DNA of 64,000 bases, from contig AP024664.1 of assembly GCA_024346625.1 (NCBI GenBank), positions 1,736,001 through 1,800,000 on the forward strand, read 5' to 3'. The DNA comes from Williopsis jadinii. Lineage: Eukaryota. Positions 1-11,740 of this stretch are shown one piece after another; position 1 is the first letter of the stretch, and the number at the start of each line of letters is the position of its first letter. Both the position numbers and the translations under genes were made by a program. The notes under the pieces were generated by a model that was given only the letters and a program-made list of their open reading frames with translations, was not told the origin of the DNA and ran no database searches.

Positions 1-162
1 TCTGCCCGTTTCCGGCGCTGGAGAGGTTTTTCGTTGTAGGCCGAGAACGCACCGGCCCCCGGCCGGTGCGTCCACAGCGAAAAATTACACGGGCATTAGT
101 CCTCATGGAAGCTGCTGACGAGTAGGAGGAGCGGTAAAGAAGATCAACGCTGGGATTGTACG

Positions 163-2028
163 ATGCTGTCGCTGACGAGAGTGTGCACGCCGGTGCTGAG
201 AAACTGTGCTAAGGCTGTGTCGAGACGTTCCGCCGCGGTGTGTCTAGGCGGAGCTGCTAGTGCCCGCTACATCTCCAGCGAGGCTCCTAAGGAAGTGTTC
301 ACCAACATCAACGATGAGTCTGATCCGAACAGGGACGCCATCTTCAAGTACACGTGGGGCACGTGGTTGAAGGACGATGCTGGTGAGAAGAAGAAGAGAT
401 TCACCAAGTTCTCGTTGGTTGGGTTACAGTCTGTGCTCAAGGAGCTTGTTGAGGATGCAAAGACACACGCCGACGGTGTCGTTGTTCCACCAAAGACACA
501 CGACAGAAACTTCATCTCTCTGCCACACAACGTGTCTGTGAAGACCACTGGGACGCTGAACCCGAACGAGGAGCTGGTGATCAAGCAGCTGGTGTCTATT
601 CATGAGGGTAAGCACCATAGAATCTACAAAGTGGAGACGAACACGGGCAACAGCTTTGTGCTGAGAGTCCCATACCCACTGGACTCCGAGTACGCAATCA
701 CCAAGCGTGTCCAGAGCGAGGTTGCCACCATGGACTTTGTCGACTTGAAGCTGGGTATCAAGGTGCCAAAGGTGTACGCCTACGGTGCTGACCAGGCGAA
801 CCCTGTTGGCTCACCATTCATCATTATGGAGTTCATTGAAGGCGAGACGCTTATGAAGAAGTGGGCTCCAATGACGCCACACTCCGAGCCAAAGAACAAG
901 GAGATTGTCGGGCTGGTGATCAACCCACTGTCGGAGTTCCAGTCCAAATTGGCGGAGGTTGAGTTCAACAAGTTTGGTTCTTTGTACTTCTCAGTCGACG
1001 CGAAGGACAAAGCCATGGTGACGGAACCATATGACGGCGAGACTGATGAAAAGTTGCAAGGACGTTGGTTCATCGGTGCAAGCACCGAGAGAGTCTTCTG
1101 GAGAGGAAAGCGTTTGCTCAGAAAGAGCCAATTCGAGAGCTTGGTTGGTCCTTGGGACGCTGACAAGCCACTGGACATTGTCAAGGCTGTTGCCGATATT
1201 GAGCTTGAGAACGCCAGAACCAAGCTCTCCCTGATCCAGGCTGATGCTGCTGGGGTTAAGGAGTCAGAGACAGACTTGAAGAACCAAATTGAAACGTTTA
1301 CTCACTTGCAAACCCTGGCTCCGGTGTTGATCGACACCAAGACACCAAGTGTCAAGAACGTCGGAGCATTGTTTGCTCCAAGATTGGCACATACTGACAT
1401 CGATCCTTTGAACGTTCTTGTCAATGGCGAGGAGTTCACTTTCCTCGATTTTGAAGCTGCTACGATCAAGCCAATCATGTTCCAGTCCACTCCAAGATTC
1501 GTCGCATACGAAGACGGCCCAAAGATTTACGAGTTTGAAATAGATGAAGAGAAGTACAACGCACTTGATGAAGCTGACAAGTACTACTACGACTTTGCAG
1601 TCGCACGTACCAGAAACGAGGTTCTGTGGGACCTGGGCCTGGGTAACACTTTCTCCAAGTTGGGATCAGAGGGATCTCCAGTGCTCAAGAGATTGCGTGG
1701 TCCATTGATCGAGGCGCAAGAGAGAAGAACCTCTCTCGAGACTCCTCTCCTTGACAGAAAGATCTACGAGTTGTCGATCCAGTGGCCTCAGTTCTACGAG
1801 CACAAGTTCGTGCCAGTACAGGAGTTCCCAGTGGAGCTCAACGCTGAAACGTTCGAACAGCACACCAAACAGTTGGAAAACTACTATAAGGTGTTAGGTA
1901 CTGTCCCATTCGCTGTCACTGGTGGCTGGGTTCCACAGGACTTGTTTGATTCTTTGAAGTCTCAAGGAGTTATCAAGGAGTTGGAAAATGGAGATTATGA
2001 AATCATCCAAGAACAGGCCTCTGCCTAA
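163..2028 (+). CDS. AIM9: Mitochondrial kinase-like (phosphotransferase fold) protein Aim9
   Basis: 621-aa ORF with an Arg/Ser-rich mitochondrial presequence and IFKYTWGTWL, SIHEGKHHRIY and SEVATMDF motifs typical of Aim9. Confidence 0.85.
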   Translation: MLSLTRVCTPVLRNCAKAVSRRSAAVCLGGAASARYISSEAPKEVFTNINDESDPNRDAIFKYTWGTWLKDDAGEKKKRFTKFSLVGLQSVLKELVEDAKTHADGVVVPPKTHDRNFISLPHNVSVKTTGTLNPNEELVIKQLVSIHEGKHHRIYKVETNTGNSFVLRVPYPLDSEYAITKRVQSEVATMDFVDLKLGIKVPKVYAYGADQANPVGSPFIIMEFIEGETLMKKWAPMTPHSEPKNKEIVGLVINPLSEFQSKLAEVEFNKFGSLYFSVDAKDKAMVTEPYDGETDEKLQGRWFIGASTERVFWRGKRLLRKSQFESLVGPWDADKPLDIVKAVADIELENARTKLSLIQADAAGVKESETDLKNQIETFTHLQTLAPVLIDTKTPSVKNVGALFAPRLAHTDIDPLNVLVNGEEFTFLDFEAATIKPIMFQSTPRFVAYEDGPKIYEFEIDEEKYNALDEADKYYYDFAVARTRNEVLWDLGLGNTFSKLGSEGSPVLKRLRGPLIEAQERRTSLETPLLDRKIYELSIQWPQFYEHKFVPVQEFPVELNAETFEQHTKQLENYYKVLGTVPFAVTGGWVPQDLFDSLKSQGVIKELENGDYEIIQEQASA

Positions 2029-2256
2029 GCTGTTTGCTTCGATGATTTCCCTCATAGTGCTTGTTGTTGCTTTCTTGTAAATAGAGATCTCTCCCTGTTT
2101 AATTATTCCTTTGTAGCTATGAAAGTATCCCTCGTAGATTGAGCTGTTTGTTGTTGCTTACATTGACGAGCTCTTCTTCAAATGCTGGTGGGAGCCAATA
2201 TGGTGATTGTTAGATTGAATATATTAAATAGTTGAGCCAGAATAAAATACATGGAT

Positions 2257-3996
2257 TTAGACATCCCCTCTTCCTTCCCAGTAGTCTTGCAGTTTCTGTT
2301 TCCAGCAGACGTCGTCCTTCATCATCTTTAACAGCGAGTCATGCTCCAGCTCATGAGTTAACAGCTTCCCCATTGTGAAGATGGTCCAGTTCTTGAACCA
2401 TGGCAGCCTTTTCGTATTGGTTTCGATGATGCCACAGCAAACTTTAGCAAAATGGGAGATCGGGTGAGATCTGAGCCTTAGATCCATTGGCTTGTTAAGC
2501 AGTAACGAGACCATGCCCATGTGGAGTATTATCTGTTCGTAGACAGCTGGCGTAGTGGGAACCAACACTTTGGCAAATGGAGAGTGCTTTATGGATGAGA
2601 CGATGTTTGTAGATGACGATGCGTTCAGCAGGTCCTGTGCTTTTGTAAAAGTCGACTGGAAGTCGTTCTGGTGGAATGACAAGAGTGACAGTATCGAATC
2701 TACATCGTCCATCAGTATGATGTTCTGTCTCACCGAGAGTCTGAGAATGATAAAGTGCTGCTTCAAGTCCTGGTTGACAGAATTGAAGTAAGTGAACAAT
2801 GGATGGTGTGCATCGTTGTGGAATGCAAATATCGAGAGGAACAGTAGCGTTGCATCTTGGACCAGCTGATTAGCGTCCCTTTTCCAATTCGATAGAGTGA
2901 GTTGGAACAATCTTGTGGAAAGTTGTGGCAGAATCTTATGCGATGCCAAGGTGTACATCGCAAACTTCAACATCTTTGAGATCTTCGAGAGCTGTGGGAT
3001 GGACGATATAAACGTGGAGTTGTTCTGCTGGAGAGATAACGATGGAGCAATGTTATCAACGTATTCAGTCAACAGGGCAAATTCATCCATCTCACTAACA
3101 TGGTAATCCATGTTTTGTAGTGTAAAGTTACTGTTGCCATTTAGCAACGCCACAAGAGAGTCCACCAACTCACCGATACTGGGGTTCTTATACGGAGAAG
3201 GAGCCGGATTGACGCTTGCCTGTAATGGCAGTGAGACGTGAGGGATCTGCTGCTGTTGTTGATGGTGTTGCTGAGCGAGCTTGATAGGCAAATGGGCCAT
3301 GGACATTTGATAGTTTCTTGGGGACTGTGATTGTTTCAGTCCGTCTTCGCTATGAACCTCAGGCTGTAACGAGTATGTTGATAGATCCATTCCATTTGGC
3401 CGCTGTAAGTGAACGTTCAAGCTGTACGATGGTGTATACGGTGTTGGCATTATGACGGGCATCGTGGTAGCAGTGGTAGCAGTGGCGGCGGTGGTGGTGT
3501 TAGCAGTGGCGCTAATACCCTGAACAGCACTCGAAGCTGATGAAGCCGAGCTTGATCTTCTGCTTCCACTCTTCTTCAACTTTGGCAAAGGCCATTCACA
3601 GATCTCTCCTTTGGCACAACACGACTTGCACTTTGGCTTCTGTTCATCACACTTCTTATGCTTTCTACGACAGTTTAGACAGCCAGTTCTTACCCTTTTC
3701 CGCTGAGGGACCATGGTCTTGGTTATCTTTGAGTCTGTAGTATCAACCGCAGCCGAGTTGTTGCTGTTGTTATTGTTGTTGTTGATGGTGGTACCCTTGC
3801 CGTTACTCGGAGCGTTGTCCAATGTTGAAGCACCCAGTGATGCCGGTGAATGGTCGGCTGAGGAGGTCTCGGGGCCTGCACTGGTTGTCGCGCTGGTTGT
3901 TGTAGGTTGTGGAGCACTTGGTGCTGCTGGGTTTAGAGATGCCTCCATGGTGAGTGGACGTTGTGTGAGGTTGGACGATGCACTCAGCGTGGACAT
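2257..3996 (-). CDS. Zn(II)2Cys6 zinc-cluster transcription factor
   Basis: 579 aa; RVRTGCLNCRRKHKKCDEQKPKCKSCCAKGEICEW binuclear cluster, Asn/Gln/Ser low-complexity tracts and a fungal TF-like C-terminal region. Confidence 0.9.
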   Translation of the reverse strand: MSTLSASSNLTQRPLTMEASLNPAAPSAPQPTTTSATTSAGPETSSADHSPASLGASTLDNAPSNGKGTTINNNNNNSNNSAAVDTTDSKITKTMVPQRKRVRTGCLNCRRKHKKCDEQKPKCKSCCAKGEICEWPLPKLKKSGSRRSSSASSASSAVQGISATANTTTAATATTATTMPVIMPTPYTPSYSLNVHLQRPNGMDLSTYSLQPEVHSEDGLKQSQSPRNYQMSMAHLPIKLAQQHHQQQQQIPHVSLPLQASVNPAPSPYKNPSIGELVDSLVALLNGNSNFTLQNMDYHVSEMDEFALLTEYVDNIAPSLSLQQNNSTFISSIPQLSKISKMLKFAMYTLASHKILPQLSTRLFQLTLSNWKRDANQLVQDATLLFLSIFAFHNDAHHPLFTYFNSVNQDLKQHFIILRLSVRQNIILMDDVDSILSLLSFHQNDFQSTFTKAQDLLNASSSTNIVSSIKHSPFAKVLVPTTPAVYEQIILHMGMVSLLLNKPMDLRLRSHPISHFAKVCCGIIETNTKRLPWFKNWTIFTMGKLLTHELEHDSLLKMMKDDVCWKQKLQDYWEGRGDV

Positions 3997-6707
3997 CCTT
4001 CTGACTGCTTTGAATACCGGAGCTCTCCCGCTGTATCGAGTCGTGCAATGATTTGGATACGAGTTGGGACAAAAAGGGGGACAAACTGAGGAACGTACCG
4101 AATCTTTTATACAACAGAGCCTCTATGTCCTGTTTTTTAAGCGGTTGTGGGACAAATCACACTCACAAAAAACCGTAAAAGTTTAAAATGGGCAGAGAGA
4201 TAATGACAGAGATATACCGAAGGTGGGGGGAAGATATGTCCAGACAGTTACCACTGACAAATTAATGGACAAAGAAAAAAGAGACAAAAAGTAGGCCCAG
4301 AACTTTACCCACGCACACAGCAGTCAGTTAAAAAATTGTGCTGTCTTCGATAGGCTCCGTAATGGTGCCCATTTTTTTTTGTTCAAATTTACCCCGGACT
4401 GGTGCGCCGTTTATATGACTTGTGTGCATGTCCTACAGCGTTTACGCTGCGCGCGTCAGGGTAAAGCCAAAAAAATTAAACGCGCAAATCCGATTAGGTA
4501 TTATCTTCGGTGGAAATCGGGTGCGACTGGACTAAATCCATGGGGTTGTGTTTTACTTTTGTTGGAAATTATGATGTGTCTGGGGGAAAGGGATAGTGGA
4601 TCGCCACTGGTTGATGGTTAGTGCGAGAGTGTAAGAAAGACAAAACGAAAAGAAAAGAGCAGGAAATTTTCAAAAGCAGGTGGAAAAGGACTTGGTCGCA
4701 GAGATCACACACGCGCTGTTACGGGTAGCGGTAAGAAGTCTTTGGGGACATGTTGTCCTTGAAAAACACAACGTAAGCGTGTGCTGCGTAACGTAGACAG
4801 CCTATACAGGGAATGCACTTTGGCTGATACAAATATGACTACTCATCCAAAGATCAGATCGACTTGTAAGTGCATCGTGCAAGTGGGTGACTGTGTGTCC
4901 TTCGTGAACAGCTGAAGCAATTTGCAGCTTTCCGAGGCGTATCAAGTCCCAACTTTAGAAAAATAACATGTTTTGACATTGGGCTGTAGGAACGCAGCAG
5001 AGCAAATGGGACTATTTCAATACGTGGTGCATATGGAGGACCTGGACTTGAGTTGTACCTCTTCGCAGGGGCTCACAATGTTTGACGGATCAGCCGGCAA
5101 TGTGATTCCACCTGGGAAAGTATGATAGAATAAACGTCTATAACTTGTGCTCTGGAAAACACATTCAGTTAGATCACACTACATTAGCCCTTTTGTTGGA
5201 AGAGATCAGATCCATCATTGAAATGATTAATGATCCCCCCACCTAACGCGCAAAGGCACAAAAAAGAAACTTGTTTTTGTCTAGGGCAGAGGTAATTATG
5301 CAGCAACCGGATAAACCTCGCCCAGTGAAACGTGGAAATAATCCGGACTGCCAGTATTTATGTCCACAAGTTGCGTCCCGCCGTGAAATTTGCTGCCAGA
5401 ATACCAAATAGCCCCCAACTCAAACAGGAAAAACTGGAAAAACTTTTAAGGAGCCTACATGATTATGCCTACCTGTACATCTCCAATTGATCACACTATG
5501 AAATAGAACGACAGTACTTTTGCGAATACGGGAAGGATTGGCTTCTTCTTCTTTTATCGAGATGTTAATTTCCTTTTCCAAGAGACTGGGGACTGCTTGA
5601 GTTGATAAGGTAGTGAGACGCATTGGACAGGCTCTGGGCAGCCAGCAATAGGCTGTGTGAAACAACACACCGTACAAGCGGCCACACTGACTCACAGATC
5701 CCAACAAATGGCCACGGCACCATCATGTGTAGACGCACCCCAAAGTTAGGTTACCTGGATTTGATAGCCTATTGGAGACGTTCGAGCATGTACGAGCAGC
5801 ATTGGAGGGTGTTACAGGAAAAAGCGGTCAAAGAGTTCACGGTCACAGAGGATGCTACAATACTGTTGGTCGTGTCAGACGAGGATGTGGACAACTGAGT
5901 GTTATCAGCTCACTGGTTTACACATCTTTCCTACAATAATTAACGCTGCTGACTCTGATACGAATCGTGTCATTTATCATGTTTTTACTACAGTGCAGCA
6001 GTTGAGAAGTACCAGAGGCTGCAATGTGCCGATATTTGTCCCGGTTGGTCTTCCTATTCTAGTCCCTTGTTCCATTTGTAATGCGTTAGGTAGAAAATTG
6101 AATCTACCCCGTCACGGGTCGTATGAAGTAGTTCGTCTGTACACTGGCAGCAAACTGGCCAGTCAGAGCCAATTTCCAGGTGCTTACCCGTGGGTAAAAA
6201 GATTGCGACCCTCCTTCAGTTGAATCATCGCTGAGTCGCAATTTCAACCTCCCGGGGTCGGACAACCTCGCCTTGAAACGGTTTTGAGCCTCTCCATTGG
6301 TACTGAAGTTTACGAAACATCCGTGACACCGCGATGCTTGCCGAACATTGATGATTCTATAGTTCTAATGAAGAACAAGACATTCAGCCATGAAGATCAC
6401 CAAATATCCAGTAACAATCAATTTGATCTGAGAGCTTTGAGACCAAATTGTGGAACACCGTGAAATAACCGGTATGTTTCACGACGCCTACCCCAAGTTT
6501 GGGTCCAAGGGTCGAAGCTCAAGATTGTTCAGCCATATCTCCAGCAATCTCATTTGGACCTTGCCGTTTCAGCAAAGACGACAAAAAGTGTGGGGGACAG
6601 TGTGGGAGGAAACCGTTCTTGTCATTGGCCATGCTTTGCCACAAGCCATTAGCTGGGCACTTGTCGCTTCTAACTACTGGAACAGTGCATTATGTTATCA
6701 ATCACCA

Positions 6708-6753
6708 GGCAGAACTCCTGGGCAGACCTCCTGGGCAGACCTCCTAGGCAGAA
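6708..6753 (+). repeat. 13-bp minisatellite (GGCAGA[A/C]CTCCT[G/A]) x3.5
   Basis: Units start at 6708, 6721 and 6734, with a partial unit at 6747. Confidence 0.8.
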
Positions 6754-7111
6754 TAATAGGAATCAGACTCCGAACCAGGTGCAGAGTCAAAGCTGGCCAA
6801 GCGTGTGCGCTCACGCAGTTTTGTATTGTTGACTCGTGACCTAACCAAGAAACCTCTCCAATGGAGGCCTCCATGCAACATATGTTGCACGTATTGCGCA
6901 TCACATAGTCGTACTCTCCCATACACTGAATCTAACTGTATAGTTTACACTACAAACCGAATAAACACACTCCGGTGGTTTGGTAACCGGGCCATTGCAG
7001 AACAACATAGTGTACATTGCCCCACGGTTACAATTACGCAGAGGAGACAGTGATCCCAGAACGGGTCCCAAGAGCTGTTGCAGTCTTGCACCAGCTCTGA
7101 AGACGGGCTGA

Positions 7112-7747
7112 TCATTGATCCCTGTCTAAGTGTACACACCAGAGGGCCTGTTCCAGCTGAGTCCTGTCGTACTCAAACTCCGGGTCCTTCTGCTGAAACC
7201 ACTGTAAAAACCTCATATACTCGGGTAGCGTGTAGGAGAGCTTGCCCTTGTACTGGCCCAGGTCTTCCAGCACCTCCATGGCACACTCATCGCTAAAGAA
7301 TGGCGGCGCTCTATGCGTGAACTTCGACAGCAGAGATAGCACTAGAGAGCCAGTGGCAGGTCCTACGCCCTTCAATCGGCATATTGTCTTGAGTGCACTC
7401 CGTATACCGGCGTTGTACTTGTCCTGATCTTCGGTCTCGTCCAGGCTTAACACCTCTTTGAAGGCGCTTGTCGAGCATTGCACGACGAGTTTATCGTCAT
7501 TCTGTGCAATGAGCTTAGGCAGCGTCGCCCTGTACTTGCCCTTCTTCAGCTTCCAGTCCAGGAGCCTTTGCAGTTCCTTCTTGGTGATATATGGCTTGGA
7601 CGTCCGCTCCTTGAAGAGTAGCGCTGGCAGCTCCACACTACGCCATTGGTCTAACGGAGTAAGGTCCCGCAACTCAACGAGCTCGTCATAGTGCTTGGTT
7701 CTGTGCTCCAGCAGCTCAGCGATGGTTTTCGTTCCTTTGCGCTTCAT
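7112..7747 (-). CDS. Conserved uncharacterised protein with helix-hairpin-helix motif
   Basis: 211 aa; LLDWKLKKGKYR, LKGVGPATGS (HhH-like) and PFFSDE segments; ATG start and coding-like composition. Confidence 0.75.
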   Translation of the reverse strand: MKRKGTKTIAELLEHRTKHYDELVELRDLTPLDQWRSVELPALLFKERTSKPYITKKELQRLLDWKLKKGKYRATLPKLIAQNDDKLVVQCSTSAFKEVLSLDETEDQDKYNAGIRSALKTICRLKGVGPATGSLVLSLLSKFTHRAPPFFSDECAMEVLEDLGQYKGKLSYTLPEYMRFLQWFQQKDPEFEYDRTQLEQALWCVHLDRDQ

Positions 7748-7997
7748 TGCGGTTTCCTGTACCGTTGTCGTTGCCGTTTCCTGTGCCGTTGTCGTTGCCG
7801 TTGTCGTCGTCGTTGACCGTGAGCCTACGGCTTAGCGAGCCTCTTTGGTTTTCCGCCTGCGCTTCTCGTGATGAGCTCCAGGCGAACAAAATTTTCAGAC
7901 GGCTCCTGCCCACACACTCCCCCTGCTCTCTCTCGGAGTCATTGATTCTAGAAGGGACGCTTCAGGACAGAGGAGATACCGATAGCACGCTATAGCC

Positions 7998-10187
7998 ATG
8001 GCCATTACTCTCTACTCAGACAAGTCCAAGGGCCTCGTTGCCCTCTCAAACAACTTGAAGCTGGCGATTGCCTCGAAAGTGTACTCCGTCAAGATTGAAC
8101 AGGAGGAGGGCAAGTTCGGCCTCGAGGACACGGAGAAGGGGTTCAAGCTGATCGAGCCGAACGCCATCGTGAAGTACCTTGCCAGGGAGTTTGCCCAGTC
8201 GCAGGAGATCGAGTATGAAGAGTCGACCCTGTTCCCCCTGTTGTCGAAGAACGAGGGCTCGAAGCTCTCGCTTTCGTTCGCCATGACTCACATCACTCCG
8301 TCAGCGATCATCCTCTTCGCAACAGCCTATGCTCTTGATCCAACACAGTTCCAAGAGTTCGCATCACTGGACCATATCTCGCTTGCCATCACAGAGGCCA
8401 AGGCCATCACGTCTTTGGAGAGACCTAAGCCGGTCAACGACAACAGCGTCAACGTTGCTGGAGGGTTCGAGGTTGAGACACCAACAGGCGAAATCTTACC
8501 AGACCCTTCAAAGAGAAACGTCCTCGTCACGTCTGCCTTGCCATACGTCAACAACGTGCCTCACCTGGGTAACATCGTAGGTAGTGTCTTGTCTGCAGAC
8601 ATCTTTGCCCGTTACGCTAAGGCCAGAAACTACAACACTCTCTTCGTGTGTGGTACTGACGAGTATGGTACTGCTACTGAGACGAAGGCACTGGAAGAGG
8701 GCGTGACACCAAGGGAGCTGTGTAACAAGTACCACAAGATCCATGCTGACATCTACAAATGGTTCCAGATTGGATTTGACTACTTTGGCAGAACCACTAC
8801 TCAACAGCAAACTGATATTGCCCAGGACATCTTCCTCAAGCTGAATAAGAATGGATATCTCGAGGAACAGTCTATGGAGCAGTTGTACTGTCCAGTGCAC
8901 AACGGATTCCTTGCAGATCGTTACGTGGAGGGAACATGTCCAAAGTGTTCCTATGATGATGCTAGAGGTGACCAGTGTGACAAGTGTGGTAGCTTGCTGA
9001 ACCCATTCGAACTCATCAACCCAAGATGTAAGTTGGATAACGCTACTCCGGAGCAAAAGACCTCAGAACACATCTTCCTCTCGCTGGATAAGCTGGAGCC
9101 AAGACTCATTGACTGGTACAAGGAGGCCTCTTCAAAGGGTGACTGGTCCCGTAATTCTAAGACCATCACTGACACGTGGTTGGCTGAAGGTCTGAACCCA
9201 CGTTGTATCACTCGTGACTTGAAATGGGGTACTCCTGTGCCATTGGAGAAGTACAAGGATAAGGTGTTGTATGTTTGGTTTGATGCTTGTATCGGTTACG
9301 TCTCCATCACTGCCAACTACACAAAGAGCTGGGAGTCGTGGTGGAAGTCTCCAGAGAATGTCCAGCTTTACCAGTTCATGGGTAAGGATAACGTTCCATT
9401 CCACACTGTGATCTTCCCATCTTCTCAACTCGGTACTGGTGATAACTGGACCATGTTGCACCACTTGAACACCACAGAGTACTTGCAGTATGAAGGTGGT
9501 AAGTTCTCCAAGAGTCGTGGTATCGGTGTCTTTGGTAACAACGCACAGGACTCTGGAATCGCACCAAGTGTGTGGAGATACTACTTGGCATGTCTTCGTC
9601 CAGAGAGTGGTGATTCTCAGTTCTCATGGGACGACTTCCAAGCTCGTAACAACAACGAGTTGTTGGCCAACCTGGGTAACTTCATCAACAGAATTGTGAA
9701 GTTTGTCAATGCGAAGTATAACGGTGTTGTGCCAAAGTACGACGCTAAGCTCATCGCCAACTACGACTCTTTGACCCAGGATTTGAACGGCCTGTTGTCC
9801 AAGTACGTCGATGCTATGGAGACGGTCCATGAACGTAAGGGTTTGGAGCTCGCCATGGCTTTCTCTGCCCGTGGTAACCAGTTCTTACAGGAGAACAAGC
9901 TGAACAACTCGTTGTTCAACGATACCCCTGAACTGAGCGACGCTGTTGTCGGCGTCGCCTTGAACATCGTCTACTACGTTGGATCCCTGGTGTACCCATT
10001 CATGCCTGAGACCACGAAGCAAATCAACGAGATGCTGAGAGCTCCATTGCTATCCATCCAGGACGATTTCAAGCTCCTGCTGCTCGAAGGTCACTGCATC
10101 GACAAGGCACAGTACTTGTTCTCCAGAATTGAAGACGACCAAGTCCAGCTGTGGAGAGCAACTTACGGTGGTAAACAAGTCAAATGA
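7998..10187 (+). CDS. MES1: Cytosolic methionyl-tRNA synthetase
   Basis: 729 aa; TSALPYVNNVPHLGN (HIGH-type), Zn knuckle CPKC..DQCDKC and KFSKS motifs. Confidence 0.97.
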   Translation: MAITLYSDKSKGLVALSNNLKLAIASKVYSVKIEQEEGKFGLEDTEKGFKLIEPNAIVKYLAREFAQSQEIEYEESTLFPLLSKNEGSKLSLSFAMTHITPSAIILFATAYALDPTQFQEFASLDHISLAITEAKAITSLERPKPVNDNSVNVAGGFEVETPTGEILPDPSKRNVLVTSALPYVNNVPHLGNIVGSVLSADIFARYAKARNYNTLFVCGTDEYGTATETKALEEGVTPRELCNKYHKIHADIYKWFQIGFDYFGRTTTQQQTDIAQDIFLKLNKNGYLEEQSMEQLYCPVHNGFLADRYVEGTCPKCSYDDARGDQCDKCGSLLNPFELINPRCKLDNATPEQKTSEHIFLSLDKLEPRLIDWYKEASSKGDWSRNSKTITDTWLAEGLNPRCITRDLKWGTPVPLEKYKDKVLYVWFDACIGYVSITANYTKSWESWWKSPENVQLYQFMGKDNVPFHTVIFPSSQLGTGDNWTMLHHLNTTEYLQYEGGKFSKSRGIGVFGNNAQDSGIAPSVWRYYLACLRPESGDSQFSWDDFQARNNNELLANLGNFINRIVKFVNAKYNGVVPKYDAKLIANYDSLTQDLNGLLSKYVDAMETVHERKGLELAMAFSARGNQFLQENKLNNSLFNDTPELSDAVVGVALNIVYYVGSLVYPFMPETTKQINEMLRAPLLSIQDDFKLLLLEGHCIDKAQYLFSRIEDDQVQLWRATYGGKQVK

Positions 10188-10408
10188 TCCACAACCACAC
10201 TGCGACGCCTCCTCTCTTACATAACGTTTATATAATACTGATTGGATGCGTATTCTGTTGCCATTTAGCTGTAGATGGTGATGCACTGAGTTTTTCCGTC
10301 CCCCGGAGCAACTGCCCATCGGAGAAAACTTTCTAAGCGGCTAACAGGACTTGGACACAATTCGTTCTTAAAAGACAGCGATACTGACCGGGAAAGGCCA
10401 TAGACCAC

Positions 10409-11161
10409 ATGTCTGATCATCTCGTGGAGCTCGCAAAGTCGCACTTGACCAACATACCGGTGTCTCTGATCTCGCAAGGTGCCGAGTCGTTGATCTTCAC
10501 CACGACGACGCATCCGTACATGGAGACCAGCGATGAGGGTCAGCAGTACATCGTCAAGTTCCGTCCACCAAAGAAGTACCGCCATCCACAGCTGGATGCC
10601 CAGCTGACGAAGCGTCGAACTCTTGCGGAGGCCCGTCTGCTGCAGAGGTTGTACGGTGCTGATGGGATAAGCGTGCCTTCAATCATCGCTGTTGATGCCC
10701 GTAACGGGATCCTCTGGCTCGAATACATAGGCCAGCAGCTTGAGAACGGGGTGAGCTCGCTGAAGAACTACCTCTGGCTCGAGGACTCGAAGGCAGACTA
10801 CGAGTCTCTGCTGAGGGCGGTCGGGGACATGATCGCCAGATTACACCAGATGGGCATAGTCCATGGTGATCTGACCACTTCGAACGTGATGTTACAGAAG
10901 CGTGGCGGCGCGTGGGCTCCATGCCTCATAGACTTTGGCCTAGGCTTCACAAGTGACCTCGTGGAGGACAAGGCGGTGGACCTGTACGTACTGGAGAGAG
11001 CCATCCTCAGTACACACCCTGTACATAGCGACAACTACAACTCATGGCTGATGGAAGGGTATAAGAAGGGCTACGGCAAGGACCAAGGCAAGTTCAAGCA
11101 GGTGATGAAGCGGTACGAGGATGTTAGGATGAGAGGTAGAAAGAGAAGCATGCTCGGTTAG
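10409..11161 (+). CDS. BUD32: KEOPS/EKC kinase Bud32
   Basis: 250 aa; ISQGAE, IVHGDLTTSN, IDFGL, EDKAVDLYVLERA and C-terminal RGRKRSMLG. Confidence 0.96.
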   Translation: MSDHLVELAKSHLTNIPVSLISQGAESLIFTTTTHPYMETSDEGQQYIVKFRPPKKYRHPQLDAQLTKRRTLAEARLLQRLYGADGISVPSIIAVDARNGILWLEYIGQQLENGVSSLKNYLWLEDSKADYESLLRAVGDMIARLHQMGIVHGDLTTSNVMLQKRGGAWAPCLIDFGLGFTSDLVEDKAVDLYVLERAILSTHPVHSDNYNSWLMEGYKKGYGKDQGKFKQVMKRYEDVRMRGRKRSMLG

Positions 11162-11171
11162 GTGTATATCG

Positions 11172-11504
11172 TTATATATCAAGGTCTTTGAGGTTGTGTG
11201 TGGTTGTAGTTGTTGCCGCCGTGCTGTTGCTATTCGGCGTGAGCTTCTTCGTAGGCTGTAGTTGTATGGAGTAGCCCGGTGCCAGTCTCTTAGTCTGTTG
11301 TTTCCACTCCTCGTATTTGGCCTTGTCCTCCGCTCTGTACGACTTTACTCTGGACTCAACCTGGGAGCACTCCTGGATCCAAGCGTCCAGGTTGTCCTTT
11401 GTTACCTGTGTCTGTTGAAGTTGTGGAGCCGGCTGGTACCCCAGGGGTAGTTGCACCGGCTGTGGTGCGCCTGCGGTGAATATAAGGGGGATTTGCTCGA
11501 GCAT
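11172..11504 (-). CDS. Small hypothetical protein (about 110 aa)
   Basis: The listed ORF starts at GTG 11693 and runs through a microsatellite. The first ATG is at 11504 (MLEQIPLIF...RLAPGYSIQLQP), giving a coiled-coil-like product. Confidence 0.55.
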   Translation of the reverse strand: MLEQIPLIFTAGAPQPVQLPLGYQPAPQLQQTQVTKDNLDAWIQECSQVESRVKSYRAEDKAKYEEWKQQTKRLAPGYSIQLQPTKKLTPNSNSTAATTTTTHNLKDLDI

Positions 11505-11522
11505 GGCGTTCTCAGGGGCCTG

Positions 11523-11645
11523 TGGTGTTGGTGTTGATGTTGATGTTGATGTTGGTGTTGATGTTGCTGTTGATATTGCTGTTGATGTTGATGTTGCTGT
11601 TGATATTGCTGTTGATGTTGATGTTGCTGTTGATATTGCTGTTGC
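11523..11645. repeat. GTTGAT/GTTGCT hexamer microsatellite with 30-bp higher-order unit x3
   Basis: GTTGATGTTGATGTTGCTGTTGATATTGCT at 11551 (one variant base), 11581 and 11611. Confidence 0.9.
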
Positions 11646-11740
11646 CCCGGTGAAGTAATTTTCACGGAAACTCTCAACCTCATCGCCCACCACAACAACA
11701 CACTGAGATCTCCGGACAGCTTAAGCAAAACATCGCCACG

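Noticed and set aside
6348..6431. Box C/D snoRNA (TGATGA...CTGA)
   Set aside because: No convincing terminal stem and no rRNA complementarity that I can recognise; a snoscan run would be needed.
11402..11728. Poly-Q/H ORF and Ser/Thr-repeat extension
   Set aside because: Both are readings of the hexamer microsatellite with non-ATG starts.
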